Assembly (NCBI GenBank): GCA_036785375.1
Contig: JAWMAR010000070.1
Coordinates: 7,440,001-7,504,000 of the forward strand
Direction: 5' to 3'
Origin: Leucoraja ocellata
Lineage: Eukaryota
Length of the DNA stretch: 64,000 nt
Below, piece after piece: positions 39,614-53,239 of this stretch (position 1 is its first letter; the number at the start of each line of letters is the position of its first letter). Position numbers and translations under genes: made by a program. The notes beneath the pieces were generated by a model. The model searched no databases and was not told the origin of the DNA. It saw nothing but the letters and a program-made list of their open reading frames with translations.

Positions 39614-40153
39614 ATGGGACTGCAGAGATGGATAGGATTCATGGTCCTTGTGGAGATGGTGTGGCAAGTCTCCGCAACTGGAACAGGTCCGATCTCCAGA
39701 GAATGGGGAGAGGAAGCAAACTTGGCCGGGCGGAACGCACGGGCGTATTTCAAAGTCACCAATAAACCGCTTCCAAGATGCACGAACGAGTCAGATTCTG
39801 ATGCCATCAGTCATCACCCTTCACCGATTAACAAGAAGGTGCTCGTTGCATCTCTGGGTGGTTCTGTTACGTTGCCATGTAATATATCCATCCTTAAAAA
39901 TCATCACACGGTTGTTCAATGGAAAAAAGATGGTGTTCAAATTGCCAGTTTCCATGAGAGAGCGTATGCGCATTATACGGGATCTGATGTTCACTGGAAG
40001 TTCGTTGATCACGACGTCTATATGGCTCAGGACGCCACGTTGCTCCTGACAGGTGTAAAAGAGGAAGATAAAGGGACGTATTCCTGTGTTTGGTCCGTAT
40101 ATAGTGGTAGACCGTTTTGTGAATTATTGATGCAGCTGATGATCTCTCACTGA
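39614..40153 (+). CDS. Secreted single Ig-V-domain pro-protein, subfamily A (179 aa)
   Basis: Paralog of the 33093 copy with 13 amino-acid differences. Intact ORF. Confidence 0.85.
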   Translation: MGLQRWIGFMVLVEMVWQVSATGTGPISREWGEEANLAGRNARAYFKVTNKPLPRCTNESDSDAISHHPSPINKKVLVASLGGSVTLPCNISILKNHHTVVQWKKDGVQIASFHERAYAHYTGSDVHWKFVDHDVYMAQDATLLLTGVKEEDKGTYSCVWSVYSGRPFCELLMQLMISH

Positions 40154-43100
40154 TTCAGCAGGGCCAGTCCCAGGGTCAGTAGCAAAGTCTAGTTTAGTTT
40201 AGTTTCGTTCAGAGGTACAACAGGGAAACAAGCCCTTCGGCCCACAGAGTCAATGGGGACCAGTGATCACCCCATATACTAGTTCTATCCCACACACTAG
40301 ATACAATTTACACTGACCAATTAACCTACAAACCTGCACGTCTCTGGGGTGTGGGACGAAACCGGAGCACCCGGATTCCAAAGAGGAAGGAAGATTCCAA
40401 GGGGAGTTAGGGGCGACCGTGGCTGACAAGGGAAGTCAGGGACACTATCAAAATAAAAGAGAACAGGTATAACGTTGCAAAGATGAGCGGAAAGCCAGGG
40501 GATTGGGTAACTCTTTTAAAGAGCAACAGAAGATAACTAAAAAAGCAATACGGGGAGAAAAGATGAGGTATGAAGGTAAGATAGCCAAGAATAGAAAGGA
40601 GGATCGTAAAAGCTTCCTCAGATATGTGAAAAAAATTAGTTCAGACTAAAATTGGTCCTTTATAGACTAAAAACTTTGGATCCGTCTTCACTAAGGAGAA
40701 CACAAACAATCTCCCTGATGTACTAGTGGTCAGGGGATCTGGGGACAATGGAGAGCGAGTGGATGTAGTGTACCTGGACTTTCAGGAAGTATTTGATAAG
40801 GTCCCACATAGGAGATTAATGGGCAAAATTAGAGCACATGGTATTGGGGGAAGGGCCTGTTTCCATATTGTTTGACTCTGACACTAAGTAGGGAATAGTA
40901 AAGGTATAAAGATGAGCAGCGTGGAAGGTGTGAGCGTGGATCACATGCAGTGAGGAGAACTGACCTTGCTTGCACCGGTAAATGTACGTTTAATTTAAAT
41001 AAACTTTCTTCTGCCTGCCCTGAAGACAGCCGGTGTGAGTGATTCTTTGTACGCCAGCATTGAGTTGGGTGTGAACTTTGTGCAACTTTTGCTCACTACG
41101 GGCAACATCGCCGGATTAAAGGGCCTGTCCCACGAGCATGCGACTCCATGCGGCAAGCGCGACCTAACGTGGTCACTTGAGCCGTACGGCCTCGCGGGGC
41201 CGGTCCCACTTTGATCGCCGGAGCCGTATGGAGTTGTGTGGAGCTGGTCCCGACATCGCGCGGGGCTCTGAAAAACTGAATATGTTAGGATATGGAAACA
41301 GGTTCTTCGGCCCACCGAGTCTAACCCAACCAGTGATCACCCCTACACTAGTTCTAACCTACACACTAGGGACAATTTACTGAAGCCAATTAACCTACAA
41401 ATCTACACGTCTTTGCAATCTGAAAGGAAACCAGAGCACCCGGAGGAAACCCACATGGTCACAGGGACAATGTACATACACTGTACAGACAGTGCCCGTA
41501 GTCACCATCGAAGGCGGGTCTCTAGCGCTGTAAGGCAGCAACTCTACCGCTGCGCCACTGTACCGCCCCTGCATTGCCCTCGTGCATTGTTAGGGCTGCT
41601 GATTAGAGTCCAGTTTTGACCCTCGTTTGGTGTCAATTGTGGTTGTCAAGGAGCTTTCTTACCTCCGTATGGAGCCTGGCCTTCCAGTTATAGACCCACA
41701 CCACCCTGGCCACACTCTCTTATCACCACTACTGAGGGGAAGGTACAGGAGCCTGAGAACCGTGAGCTCCAGGTTCAAGAGCAGCTTCTTCCCAGCAAGC
41801 ACAAGGTTGTTGAACCAGCCTGCACAACCCCAACCACAACCCTACGCCACTCACCACAACCCTACACAACCCTGATGGACACTGCACCACTGGTGATGCC
41901 CCACGTACGTTGTCTTGTACTATCATGGTCTGGTTTACTTGGAATAACTGAGACCTTATTGTGTACTTATGGTGTAAGTATATAATCATGATAGGCCAGG
42001 GTAGACAGTGGAGGGCTGCCAGTACAGAGCCACCCATAGACCTGATAGAATTATATAAAGTTACTGTGCAGACCAAGTACAAACCCAATGCAATATTCCA
42101 CCACTCACCCATTCCCCAACACTATATATTCCAGCACTCACTCATAGCCCCTAATTGTGCAGGAGCGGCTCATTTCTCCGTTTCCTCTCTTCCTCCTCTT
42201 CACCCTCCCTCTTCAATACCTAGAGAGGGAGGAGGGGTAGAGGGAGGGGGTAGAGAGGGAGAGAGGCAGAGAGAAAGGGGGTAGAGAGAGAGTGGGAAGG
42301 GGTAGAGGGTGAGGGGGGGGTAGAGTGGGGTGGAGGGATTAAATACATTCTTCTCAAGCTTACCCCCAGTCTAGTTCAGTCAAAAACCACTGAGTCAAGC
42401 ACTGGAACAATTAATCTTTATTTTTGGACTGTACATCTAATTCAACTACACGATACCTAAACCACTGCGGGTTCAATCCTTGTATCTGCTTGGCCAAGCC
42501 CTTCAGCCTCGTGCAAGCAGAAACACTCCAAAAGGTCACGCTGTCCCAAGGATTCTTCCAGAAGATCGACAAAGGACCTCGTGGGGGCTGCCTTTTATAA
42601 GTCCCCGAACCTTGAGGGGCCGAACTACATAGGGGTGGTCTCTTTACAATCCAATCAAACATATTAATTACATCAGTATATTATAGACAGTTCCCCAGAC
42701 CACTAACAGATCCCATACATTGTTTCAGGAGAAGCTTCTGGAAGATGCTAACTTAACTTGAATAATGCAACATTTACCCTGGAATTCAAACAAACCTGCC
42801 AGGGCTCAACACTTTAGCCAATCAACAAACAGTAGGATAACTGCCTGGCACATTATATACAATATTTACAATGCTGTTGCAGTAATCCAATCAACCATGC
42901 ATTTACACTTCATTGGAGGTCATCTCCTTGCACGGAAATCGGCATCAAAACATGGGGGTGCACAATTCCATGGCGGCACACATGCACACGTGTGCATGCG
43001 GCACACATGCGAGGATTCGGCCATGGGCCCTGTGGACGGTAACATCGGGAGCTGACTTGGTTGGTGACCGACTCCGAACTCCAGCAACAGCAGCTTCGTC

Positions 43101-45307
43101 CGCCCGGAATCGTGAGGCTTGAATCGGCCCGTTCGCGGGGCCTTTCATCGCCCGACGGGGGTTTCAACATTGGTATTGATGTGGATAGAGAACTGGCTGG
43201 CAGACAGAAAGCAAAGAGTAGGAGTAAACGGGTCCTTTTCAGAATGGCAGGCAGTGACTAGTGGGGTACTGCAAGACTCAGTGCTGGGACCCCAGCTATT
43301 TACGATATATATTAATGATCTGGATGAGGGAGTTGAATGCAACATCTCCAAGTTTGCAGATGACACGAAATGGGGGGCAGTGTTAGCTGTGAGGAGGATG
43401 CTAGGAGGCTGCAAGGTGACTTGGATATGTTGGGTGAGTGGGCAAATGCATGGAAGATGCAGTATAATGTGGATAAATGTGAGGTTATCCATTTTGGTGT
43501 AAAAAACAGGAAAGTAGATTATTATCTGAATGGTGGCCGATTAGGAAAAGGGGAGATGCAACGAGACCTGGGTGTCATGGTACACCAGTCATTAAAAGTG
43601 GGCATGCAGGTGCAGCAGGCAGTGAAGAAAGAGAATGGTATGTTAACATTCATAGCAAAAGGATTTGAGTATAAGAGCAGGGAGGTTCTACTACAGTTGT
43701 ACAGGGTCTTGGTGAGACCACACCTGGAGTATTGCGTACAGTTTTGGTCTCCTAATCTGAGGAAGGACATTATTGCCATAGAGGGAGTACAGAGAAAGTT
43801 CACCAGACTGATTCCTGGGATGTCAGGACTTTATGGCATACTGAGTTGGATGATCAGTATAATCATATTAAATGGCAGTGCAGGCTCGAAGGGCCGAATG
43901 GCCTACTCCTGCACCTATTTTCTATGTTTCTATGGGAGCCTCGATCGCCTCGATGCAGCAGTTTGATTTTAAGCCGCTCGGGCGCTGAAAGGCCCCGCGA
44001 ACGGGACGATTCTGCCCATAGAAAGCGTCTGATAAAGTCCGGAACACAAAACATGGGCGGGGGGGGGAATCGTCCCCCACCTCCCAAAGCATAGGGAGAC
44101 ATGCCCCCTGTTCCCCCCCCAGGATTTCCGCCCATGGCGGTCACGATATCTCCTTCACCGCTGCAGTCTCGACGCCTCTTTGATGGCCGCGAAAAACCCC
44201 ATGTGGGGCGTAGAAGGCCGGATCGGATAAAGCGGAAAGTTAATTTCAATGAGGTCATCCCCCTGACATCACTGGAAGCTGGTGGTCGACCACTCCCCCT
44301 TTGTGACATCACTCGAAGCGGGGTGAAGGTTTGCCGTTTAATAAGTTGGTTTTCACTATTTTTAAAACGCTATAACTTGTGAACTACAGCATGTAATGTG
44401 AAGTGGAGCAGTTTATTTTGTCAAAGGGGTTAATGTGATTAATAATGTGCGGAGGAGGGGAGGAGGAGAGGGGAGAGAAGGAGGAGGGTGTAGACGAGGG
44501 GGAGGGAGTGTAAGAGACTCGCCTGCGCAGTTGTGGGGTATGGGTGAGTGGTGGAATATTGCGTTGGGGGGACGGGTACATCGCAAAGGAATCTCATTTA
44601 GATTTCTTGGGAGGAGGCTTTTCATTGTGGGGGGTGGAATTGCTGAGAGGTTTCATTTACTCCTTATTTATAAAATAATTACGATTGTGGGGAGGGGTGG
44701 GTTGGGGGCGGGGGCTCCCCGTTTCATTGTGGGGGGGTGGAGTAAGAGAGAGGTTTTATTTCCAGAATTTTCCTTGCTAGGGGATGGGGTGAGTATTGTG
44801 GGGTATGGGTGAGTGGTGGAATATTACGTTGGGGGAACGGGGCCAAACGGGTCCCACTTGGTCTAGTTATCATTATTTATTTAATGTTTCACGTTTACAC
44901 CAATCTCTCCACCACCACGAACAAGCAGCACAAGACGCAACAAGACAGACACCATTTTATGCAGATGCCGAGAAGTGTGATCAGCTCTGGCTGAACAACT
45001 AATCTTGTGTGTGGATTCGATAAGCAGAAGATTTAATGTCATAGTGTTATACAGTCATAGAGTGATACAGCATGGAAACAGGCCCTTTGGCCCAACTTGC
45101 CCACATTGGACAACATGTCCCAGCTACACTAGTCCCACCTGTCCACGTTTGGTCCATATCCCTCCAAATCTGACCTATCCCTGTTCCTGTCTAGCTGTTT
45201 CTTAAACGTCGGGATAGTTTCTGCCTCAACTGCGATGGGTTGACCAGAACGAGACGTGGTGGAGACACAAGCAGGATGTGTGGGGCGCCTGGTTGGCCGC
45301 TGGCAGC

Positions 45308-45552
45308 TGGGATGACGTTGTTCTTGTTAAACGTTAACGGCTGATGCAACGACATGTTTGGCAGAAGGTGGAGAGGTCGCGGCTGACTCCAGCCAATGCT
45401 CCGTGGGAGGCAGTGATTGGTTGAATGTACGTGAGGGCAGACAATGAGGGGCAGGAGAAGCCGGGAGTCGGTATAAAAGGAGCGAGCGATGGCAGGAGAT
45501 GAGAACAAGACCGACCCCGTCACCCTGTGTGGAGACTCCGGAGCTGGTAACC
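45308..45552 (+). promoter_or_regulatory. Family promoter and exon 1 (for the 46129 copy)
   Basis: ERSE 45402-45420, TATAAAA 45472-45478, donor near 45547. Confidence 0.7.
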
Positions 45553-46128
45553 AACCCTGTGGATCCTTCAAGTGTCTGTGAGTGATGGGGGTGGGATTGT
45601 CTCTGTTCACTGTTCCCCCAGTTCAGAAGCCTGATAGCAGAGGGGAAGAAGCTGTTCCTGAGTCTGGTGGTGCGCGCTTTCAAGCTTCTGTACCTTCTGC
45701 TAGAGAGGACCAGGGAGAAGGAGGAATGACCGTGGGTGGGACAAGTGATGGAGTCATAGAGTCACAGCGAGACCTTCGGCCCAACTTGCCCGCGCCCACC
45801 AACGTGTCCCCATCAATACTAGACCCACCTGCCTGCGTTTGGCCCTTACCCCTCTAATCCTGTCCTATCAATGTACCTGTCTAACTGTTTCTTAATCATT
45901 GTGATAGTACCTGCCTCAACTACCTCTTCCGGCAGCTCGTTCCAAACACCCTCCACCCTTTGTGTAAAAAAGTCACCCCTCAGTTTTCCATGAAATCTTT
46001 CCCCCCCCCCTCGCCTTAAACCGATGTCCTCTGGTTCTCGATTCCCCAACTCTGGGCGGGTTCAGGGAATGTCATCATGAATCCTACTGAGTTGCAATAA
46101 GGTGACCCATTGTTTCACCCACAGGAAC

Positions 46129-46665
46129 ATGGGACTGCAGAGATGGATAGGATTCATGGTCCTTGTGGAGATGGTGTGGCAAGTCTCCGCAACTGGAACA
46201 GGTCCGATCTCCAGAGAATGGGGAGAGGAAGCAAACTTGGCCGGGCGGAAGGCACGGGCTCCTCGACAGGTCACCAATGAAACGCTTCCAAGATGCACGA
46301 ACGAGTCAGATTCTGATGCCATCAGTCATCACCTATCAACGATTAACAAGAAGGTGCTCGTTGCATCTCTGGGTGGTTCTGTTACTTTGCCATGTAATGT
46401 ATCCAACGTTGACAATAGTCCCGAGGTTACATGGAATAAAGATGGTGTTGAAATTGCCTATTTCCATAGTAGAGTGCATGAGCGTTATACAGGATCTGAT
46501 GTTCACTGGAAGTTCGTGCAACGAAACGTCCTTTGGGAACAGGACGCCACGTTGCTCCTGACAGGTGTAAAAGAGGAAGATAAAGGGACGTATTCCTGTG
46601 TTTGGATCAAGTATCGTCAGAAACCGGTTTGTGAATTATTGATGCAGCTGATGATCTCTCACTGA
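46129..46665 (+). CDS. Secreted single Ig-V-domain pro-protein, subfamily A (178 aa)
   Basis: Leader ending RKARAPR|Q. Same framework as 33093 and 39614 but with different loops. Confidence 0.85.
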   Translation: MGLQRWIGFMVLVEMVWQVSATGTGPISREWGEEANLAGRKARAPRQVTNETLPRCTNESDSDAISHHLSTINKKVLVASLGGSVTLPCNVSNVDNSPEVTWNKDGVEIAYFHSRVHERYTGSDVHWKFVQRNVLWEQDATLLLTGVKEEDKGTYSCVWIKYRQKPVCELLMQLMISH

Positions 46666-49600
46666 TTCAGCAGGGCCAGTCCCAGGGTCAGTAACAAAGT
46701 CTAGTCTAGTTTAGTTTCGTTCAGAGGTACAACAGGGAAACAAGCCCTTCGGCCACAGAGTCAATGGGGACCAGTGATCACCCCATATACTAGTTCTATC
46801 CCACACACTAGATACAATTTACACTGACCAATTAACCTACAAACCTGCACGTCTCTGGGGTGTGGGACGAAACCGGAGCACCCGGATTCCAAAGAGGAAG
46901 GAAGATTCCAAGGGGAGTTAGGGGCGACCGTGGCTGACAAGGGAAGTCAGGGACACTATCACAATAAAAGAGAACAGGTATAACGTTGCAAAGATGAGCG
47001 GAAAGCCAGGGGATTAGGTAACTCTTTTAAAGAGCAACAGAAGATAACCAAAAAAGCAATACGGGGAGAAAAGATGAGGTATGAAGGTAAGATAGCCAAG
47101 AATAGAAAGGAGGATCGTAAAAGCTTCTTTAGATATGTGAAAAAAATTAGTTCAGACTAAAATTGGTCCTTTATAGACTAAAAACTTTGGATCCGTCTTC
47201 ACTAAGGAGAACACAAACAATCTCCCTGATGTACTAGTGGCCAGAGGATCTGGGGACAATGGAGAGCCAGTGGATGTAGTGTACCTGGACTTGCAGGAAG
47301 TATTTGATAAGGTCCCACATAGGAGATTAATGGGCAAAATTAGAGCACATGGTATTGGGGGAAGGGCCTGTTTCCATATTGTTTGACTCTGACACTAAGT
47401 AGGGAATAGTAAAGGTATAAAGATGAGCAGCGTGGAAGGTGTGAGCGTGGATCACATGCAGTGAGGAGAACTGACCTTGCTTGCACCGGTAAATGTACGT
47501 TTAATTTAAATAAACTCTCTTCTGCCTGCCCTGAAGACAGCCGGTGTGAGTGATTCTTTGTACGCCAGCATTGAGTTGGGTGTGAACTTTGTGCAACTTT
47601 TGCTCACTACGGGCAACATCGCCGGATTAAAGGGCCTGTCCCACGAGCATGCGACTCCATGCGGCAAGCGCGACCTAACGTGGTCACTTGAGCCGTACGG
47701 CCACGCGGGGCCGGTCCCACTTTGATCGCCGGAGCCGTATGGAGTTGTGTGGAGCTGGTCCCGACATCGTGTGGAGCTGGTCCCAACATCGCATATGTTA
47801 GGATATGGAAACAGGTTCTTCGGCCCACCGAGTCCAACCCAACCAGTGATCACCCCTACACTAGTTCTAACCTACACACTAGGGACAATTTACTGAAGCC
47901 AATTAACCATCAAATCTACACGTCTTTGCAATCTGAAAGGAAACCAGAGCACCCGGAGGAAACCCACATGGTCACAGGGACAATGTACATACACTGTACA
48001 GACAGTGCCCGTAGTTACCATCGAAGGCGGGTCTCTAGCGCTGTAAGGCAGCAACTCTACCGCTGCGCCACTGTACCGCACCTGCATTGCCCTCGTGCAT
48101 TGTAGGGCTGCTGATTAGAGTCCAGTTTTGACCCTCGTTGCGTGTCAATTGTGGTTGTCAAGGAGCTTTCTTACCTCCGTATGGAGCCTGGTCTTCCAGT
48201 TATAGACCCACACCACCCTGGCCACAAACAGTAGGATAACTGCCTGGCACATTATATACAATATTTACAATGCTGTTGCAGTAATCTAATCAACCATGCA
48301 TTTACACTTCCTTGGAGGTCATCTCCTTGCACGGAAATCGGCATCAAAACATGGGGGGCCACAATTCCATGGCGGCACACATGCACACGCGAGGATTCGG
48401 CCGTGGGCCCTGTGGACGGTAACATCGGGAGCTGACTTGGTTGGTGACCGACTCCGAACTCCAGCAACAGCAGCTTCGTCCGCCCCGAATCGTGAGGCTT
48501 GAATCGGCCCGTTCGCGGGGCCTTTCATCGCCCGGCGGTGGTTTCAACATTGGTATTGATGTGGATAGAGAACTGGCTGGCAGACAGAAAGCAAAGAGTA
48601 GGAGTAAACGGGTCCTTTTCAGAATGGCAGGCAGTGACTAGTGGGGTACTGCAAGACTCAGTGCTGGGACCCCAGCTATTTACGATATATATTAATGATC
48701 TGGATGAGGGAGTTGAATGCAACATCTCCAAGTTTGCAGATGACACGAAATGGGGGGCAGTGTTAGCTGTGAGCAGGATGCTAGGAGGCTGCAAGGTGAC
48801 TTGGATAGGTTGGGTGAGTGGGCAAATGCATGGAAGATGCAGTATAATGTGGATAAATGTGAAGTTATCCATTTTGGTGGCAAAAACAGGAAAGTAGATT
48901 ATTATCTGAATGGTGGCCGATTAGGAAAAGTGGAGATGCAACGAGACCTGTGTGTCATGGTACACCGGTCATTAAAAGTAGGCATGCAGGTGCAGCAGGC
49001 AGTGAAGAAAGAGAATGGTATGTTAGCATTCATAGCAAAAGGATTTGAGTATAAGAGCAGGGAGGTTCTACTGCAGTTGTACAGGGTTTTGGTGAGACCA
49101 CACCTGGAGTATTGCGTACAGTTTTGGTCTCCTAATCTGAGGACAGACATTCTTGCCATAGAGAGAGTACAGAGAAAGTTCACCAGACTGATTCCTGGGA
49201 TGTCAGGACTTTATGGCATACTGAGTTGGATGATCAGTATAATCATATTAAATGGCAGTGCAGGCTCGAAGGGCCGAATGGCCTACTCCTGCACCTATTT
49301 TCTATGTTTCTATGGGAGCCTCGATCGCCTCGATGCAGCAGTTTGATTTTAAGCCGCTCGGGCGCTGAAAGGCCCCGCGAACGGGACGATTCTGCCCATA
49401 GAAAGCGTCTGATAAAGTCCGGAACACAAAACATGGGCGGGGGGGAATCGTCCCCACCTCCCAAAGCATAGGGAGACGTGCCCCATGTCCCCCCCCAGGA
49501 TTTCCGCCCATGGCGGTCACGATATCTCCTTCACCGCCGCAGTCTCGACGCCTCTTTGATGGCCGCGAAAAACCCCATGTGGGGCGTAGAAGGCCGGGTC

Positions 49601-50687
49601 GGATAAAGCGGAAAGTTAATTTCAATGAGGTCCTCCCCCTGACATCACTGGAAGCTGCTGGTCGACCACTCCCCCTTTGTGACATCACTCGAAGGGGGGT
49701 GAAGGTTTGCCGTTTAATAAGTTGGTTTTCACTATTTTTAAAACGCTATAACTTGTGAACTACAGCATGTAATGTGAAGTGGAGCAGTTTATTTTGTCAA
49801 AGGGGTTAATGTGATTAATAATGTGCGGAGGAGGGGAGGAGGAGAGGGGAGAGAAGGAGGAGGGTGTAGACGAGGGGGAGGGAGTGTAAGAGACTCGCCT
49901 GCGCAGTTGTGGGGTATGGGTGAGTGGTGGAATATTACGTTGGGGGGACGGGTACATCGCAAAGGAATCTCATTTAGATTTCTTGGGAGGAGGCTTTTCA
50001 TTGTGGGGGGTGGAATTGCTGAGAGGTTTCATTTACTCCTTATTTATAAAATAATTACGATTGTGGGGAGGGGTGGGTTGGGGGGCGGGGGCTCCCCGTT
50101 TCATTGTGGGGGGGTGGAGTAAGAGAGAGGTTTCATTTCCCAGAATTTTCTTGTGGGAGGGTGGGGGTGAGTATTGTGGGGTAATGGGGTGAGTGTGGAA
50201 TATTACGTTGGGGGAACGGGACCCAACGGGTCACACTTGGGTCTAGTTATCATTATTTATTTAATGTTTCACGTTTACACCAATCTCTCCACCACCACGA
50301 ACAAGCAGCACAAGACGCAACAAGACAGACACCATTGTATGCAGATGCGAGAAGTGTGATCAGCTCTGGCTGAACAACTAATCTTGTGTGTGGATTCGAT
50401 AAGCAGAAGATTTAATGTCATAGTGTTATACAGTCATAGAGTGATATAGCATGGAAACAGGCCCTTTGGCCCAACTTGCCGTATTGGACAACATGTCCCA
50501 GCTACAATAGTCCCACCTGTCCACGTTTTGGTCCATATCCCTCCAAATCTGACCTATCCCTGTTCCTGTCTAGCTGTTTCTTAAACGTCGGGATAGTTTC
50601 TGCCTCAACTGCGATGGGTTGACCAGAACGAGACGTGGTGGAGACACAAGCAGGATGTGTGGGGCGCCTGGTTGGCCGCTTGGCAGC

Positions 50688-50935
50688 TGGGATGACGTTG
50701 TTCTTGTTAAACGTTAACGGCTGATGCAACGACACGTTTGGCAGAGGGTGGAGAGGTCGCGGCTGACTCCGGCCAATGCTCCGTGGGAGGCAGTGATTGG
50801 TTGAATGTACGTGAGGGGCAGACAATGAGGGGCAGGAGAAGCCGGGAGTCGGTATAAAAGGACGCGAGCGATGGCAGGAGATGAGAACAAGACCGACCCC
50901 GTCACCCTGTGTGAGAGACTCCGGAGCTGGTAACC
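50688..50935 (+). promoter_or_regulatory. Family promoter and exon 1 (for the 51516 pseudogene)
   Basis: ERSE 50782-50800, TATAAAA 50853-50859. Confidence 0.65.
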
Positions 50936-51515
50936 AACCCTGTGGATCCTTCAAGTGTCTGTGAGTGATGGGGGTGGGATTTGTCTCTGTTCACTGTTCC
51001 CCCAGTTCAGAAGCCTGATAGCAGAGGGGAAGAAGCTGTTCCTGAGTCTGGTGGTGCGCGCTTTCAAGCTTCTGTACCTTCTGCTAGACAGGACCAGGGA
51101 GAAGGAGGAATGACCGGGGGTGGGACAAGTGATGGAGTCATAGAGTCACAGCGAGACCTTCGGCCCAACTTGCCCGCGCCCACCAACGTTGTCCCCATCA
51201 ATACTAGACCCACCTGCCTGCGTTTGGCCCTTACCCCCCTAATCCTGTCCTATCAATGTACCTGTCTAACTGATTCTTAATCATTGTGATAGTACCTTGC
51301 CTCAACTACTTCTTCCGGCAGCTCGTTCCAAACACCCTCCACCCTTTGTGTAAAAAAGTCACCCCTCAGTTTTCCCATGAAATCTTTCCCCCCCCTCGCC
51401 TTAAACCGATGTCCTCTGGTTCTCGATTCCCCAACTCTGGGCGGGGTTTCAGGGAATGTCATCATGAATCCTACTGAGTTGCAATAAGGTGACCCATTGT
51501 TTCACCCACAGGAAC

Positions 51516-52068
51516 ATGGGGACTGCAGAGATGGATAGGATTCATGGTCCTTGTGGAGATGGTGTGGCAAGTCTCCGCAACTGGAACAGGTCCGATCTCC
51601 AGAGAATGGGGAGAGGAAGCAAACTTGGCCGGGCGGAACGCACGGGCCCCTCGGCAAGTCAACAATGAACCGCTTCCAAGCTGCAACGAATGACTCAGAT
51701 TCTGACAGTGATCACGGTGCATCGAATAGCGATATTAGGCTCATTGCATCTCCGGGTGATTCTTTGACGCTGCCCTGTAAAATATCCAAAGATTACAAAC
51801 AACTCTGGTTAGTTCAGTGGAGACAAAACGATGTTGAAATTGACAATTATAATGAGAAAACGTATGATGAATATACGGGATCTGATGTCCGCTGGATTTT
51901 TGTGGATCTAGAATTCCTTTGGGACTAGGACGGCTCGTTGCTCCTGAGGCATAAAAGAGAAAGATGAAGGGATATATTCCTGTGTTTGGTTCATTGATAC
52001 TCATGTGTTATGTGAAGAATTGGCCCAGCTGACAATCCTCCCAATGATTCAGCAGGGCCCCGACCTAG
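51516..52068 (+). pseudogene. Ig-V pro-protein gene, subfamily C, frameshifted with premature TAG
   Basis: Duplicate of the 6113 copy carrying the same 2-nt deletion, plus extra indels and TGG>TAG at 51926-51928. Confidence 0.75.
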
Positions 52069-53239
52069 GGTCAGTAGCAAAGTTCTAGCTTAGTTTAGTT
52101 TTGTTTAGTTCTGGGAAACAGGCCCTTCGGCCCAACAGTCAACGGGGACCAGTGATCACCCAATATACACTAGTTCTATCCCACACACTGGATACAATTT
52201 ACACCGGACCAATTAACCTACAAACACGCACGTCCCTGGGATGTGGGAGGAAACCGGAGCGCCCGTCGGAAACCCACACGGTCACAGTGAGAACGTGCAA
52301 ACTCCGTACAGACAGCACCCGGGGAATAGAGAGGGTGAATGCACAGAGTCTTTTACCCAGAGTGCGGGAATCAAGAACCAGGGGGCACAGGTTTTAACGT
52401 GAGAGGGGCAAATTTTGAAAGGAATCTGAGGGGCAACTTTTTCACTCAGTGTGGGGGGGGGTGTGGGGGGGGGGGGGGGGGGAGGTGTGTATGGAACGAG
52501 CTGCCAGAGTAGGTAGTTGAGGCAGGTTCTACAACAACATTTAATGGGCACTTGGATAGGTCCATGGATAGGAATGGTTTTATGGGGATATGGGCCAAAT
52601 GTGATGAAATAGAACTAGCTTAGTGGGTCTGCATAGGCGAGGTCAAATGGCTATTTCCTACTAGCCAATTATTGTGCTTGTATAGTAGTGACTAGATAGA
52701 TAGATAGAATCTTTATTTGCCACACGACCAGGGTTGGTGGTATGTGGGTTCGGTACATGATGCTACACTGCTTTAGTCACATTAACACTAATAACAACAC
52801 AGATCACAGTAATAAAGTGCATCCATACCACATCACAAATCACAAATCTCACCAACAATACATAGTGCAAAAGAACAAACAAAGACCATAGACGAGACAC
52901 TGTATACATCAAAAGTCTTAGTATTGTCTGATTATTGGAGGGAATTAAGTGTTCTTATTGCTGAGGGGAAGAAACTGTTTTTACAGCGGGTGGATTTTGT
53001 AGAAAAGTGACCTGAGGAGCCTCCCTGAAGGGAGAGACTGAAAAAGGTGGTTTGCTGGAGGGGAGGGGTCCGAGATTATCTTTATTGCCCGTTTTGAGGT
53101 ACGTTGGAGATAAATGGAATGGATTGAGGGCAGGGGGGGAGTTGATGATCCTGAGGCCTTAGAGACAATGCGCTGTAATCTGTGTAGTGAGTAGACTACA
53201 CCTATTATGCGCGTTAATATTATCAAGAGCTTGCCTCCG

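Larger units (their letters stand above)
32030..50450 (+). repeat. Tandem segmental duplication, three units each carrying one A gene (about 6.5, 6.5 and 5.4 kb)
   Basis: ATG spacing 6521, 6515 and 5387 nt with the same order of repeat fragments. The third unit has a ~1.1 kb deletion near 48225. Window 1-5000 is another such unit. Confidence 0.9.
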
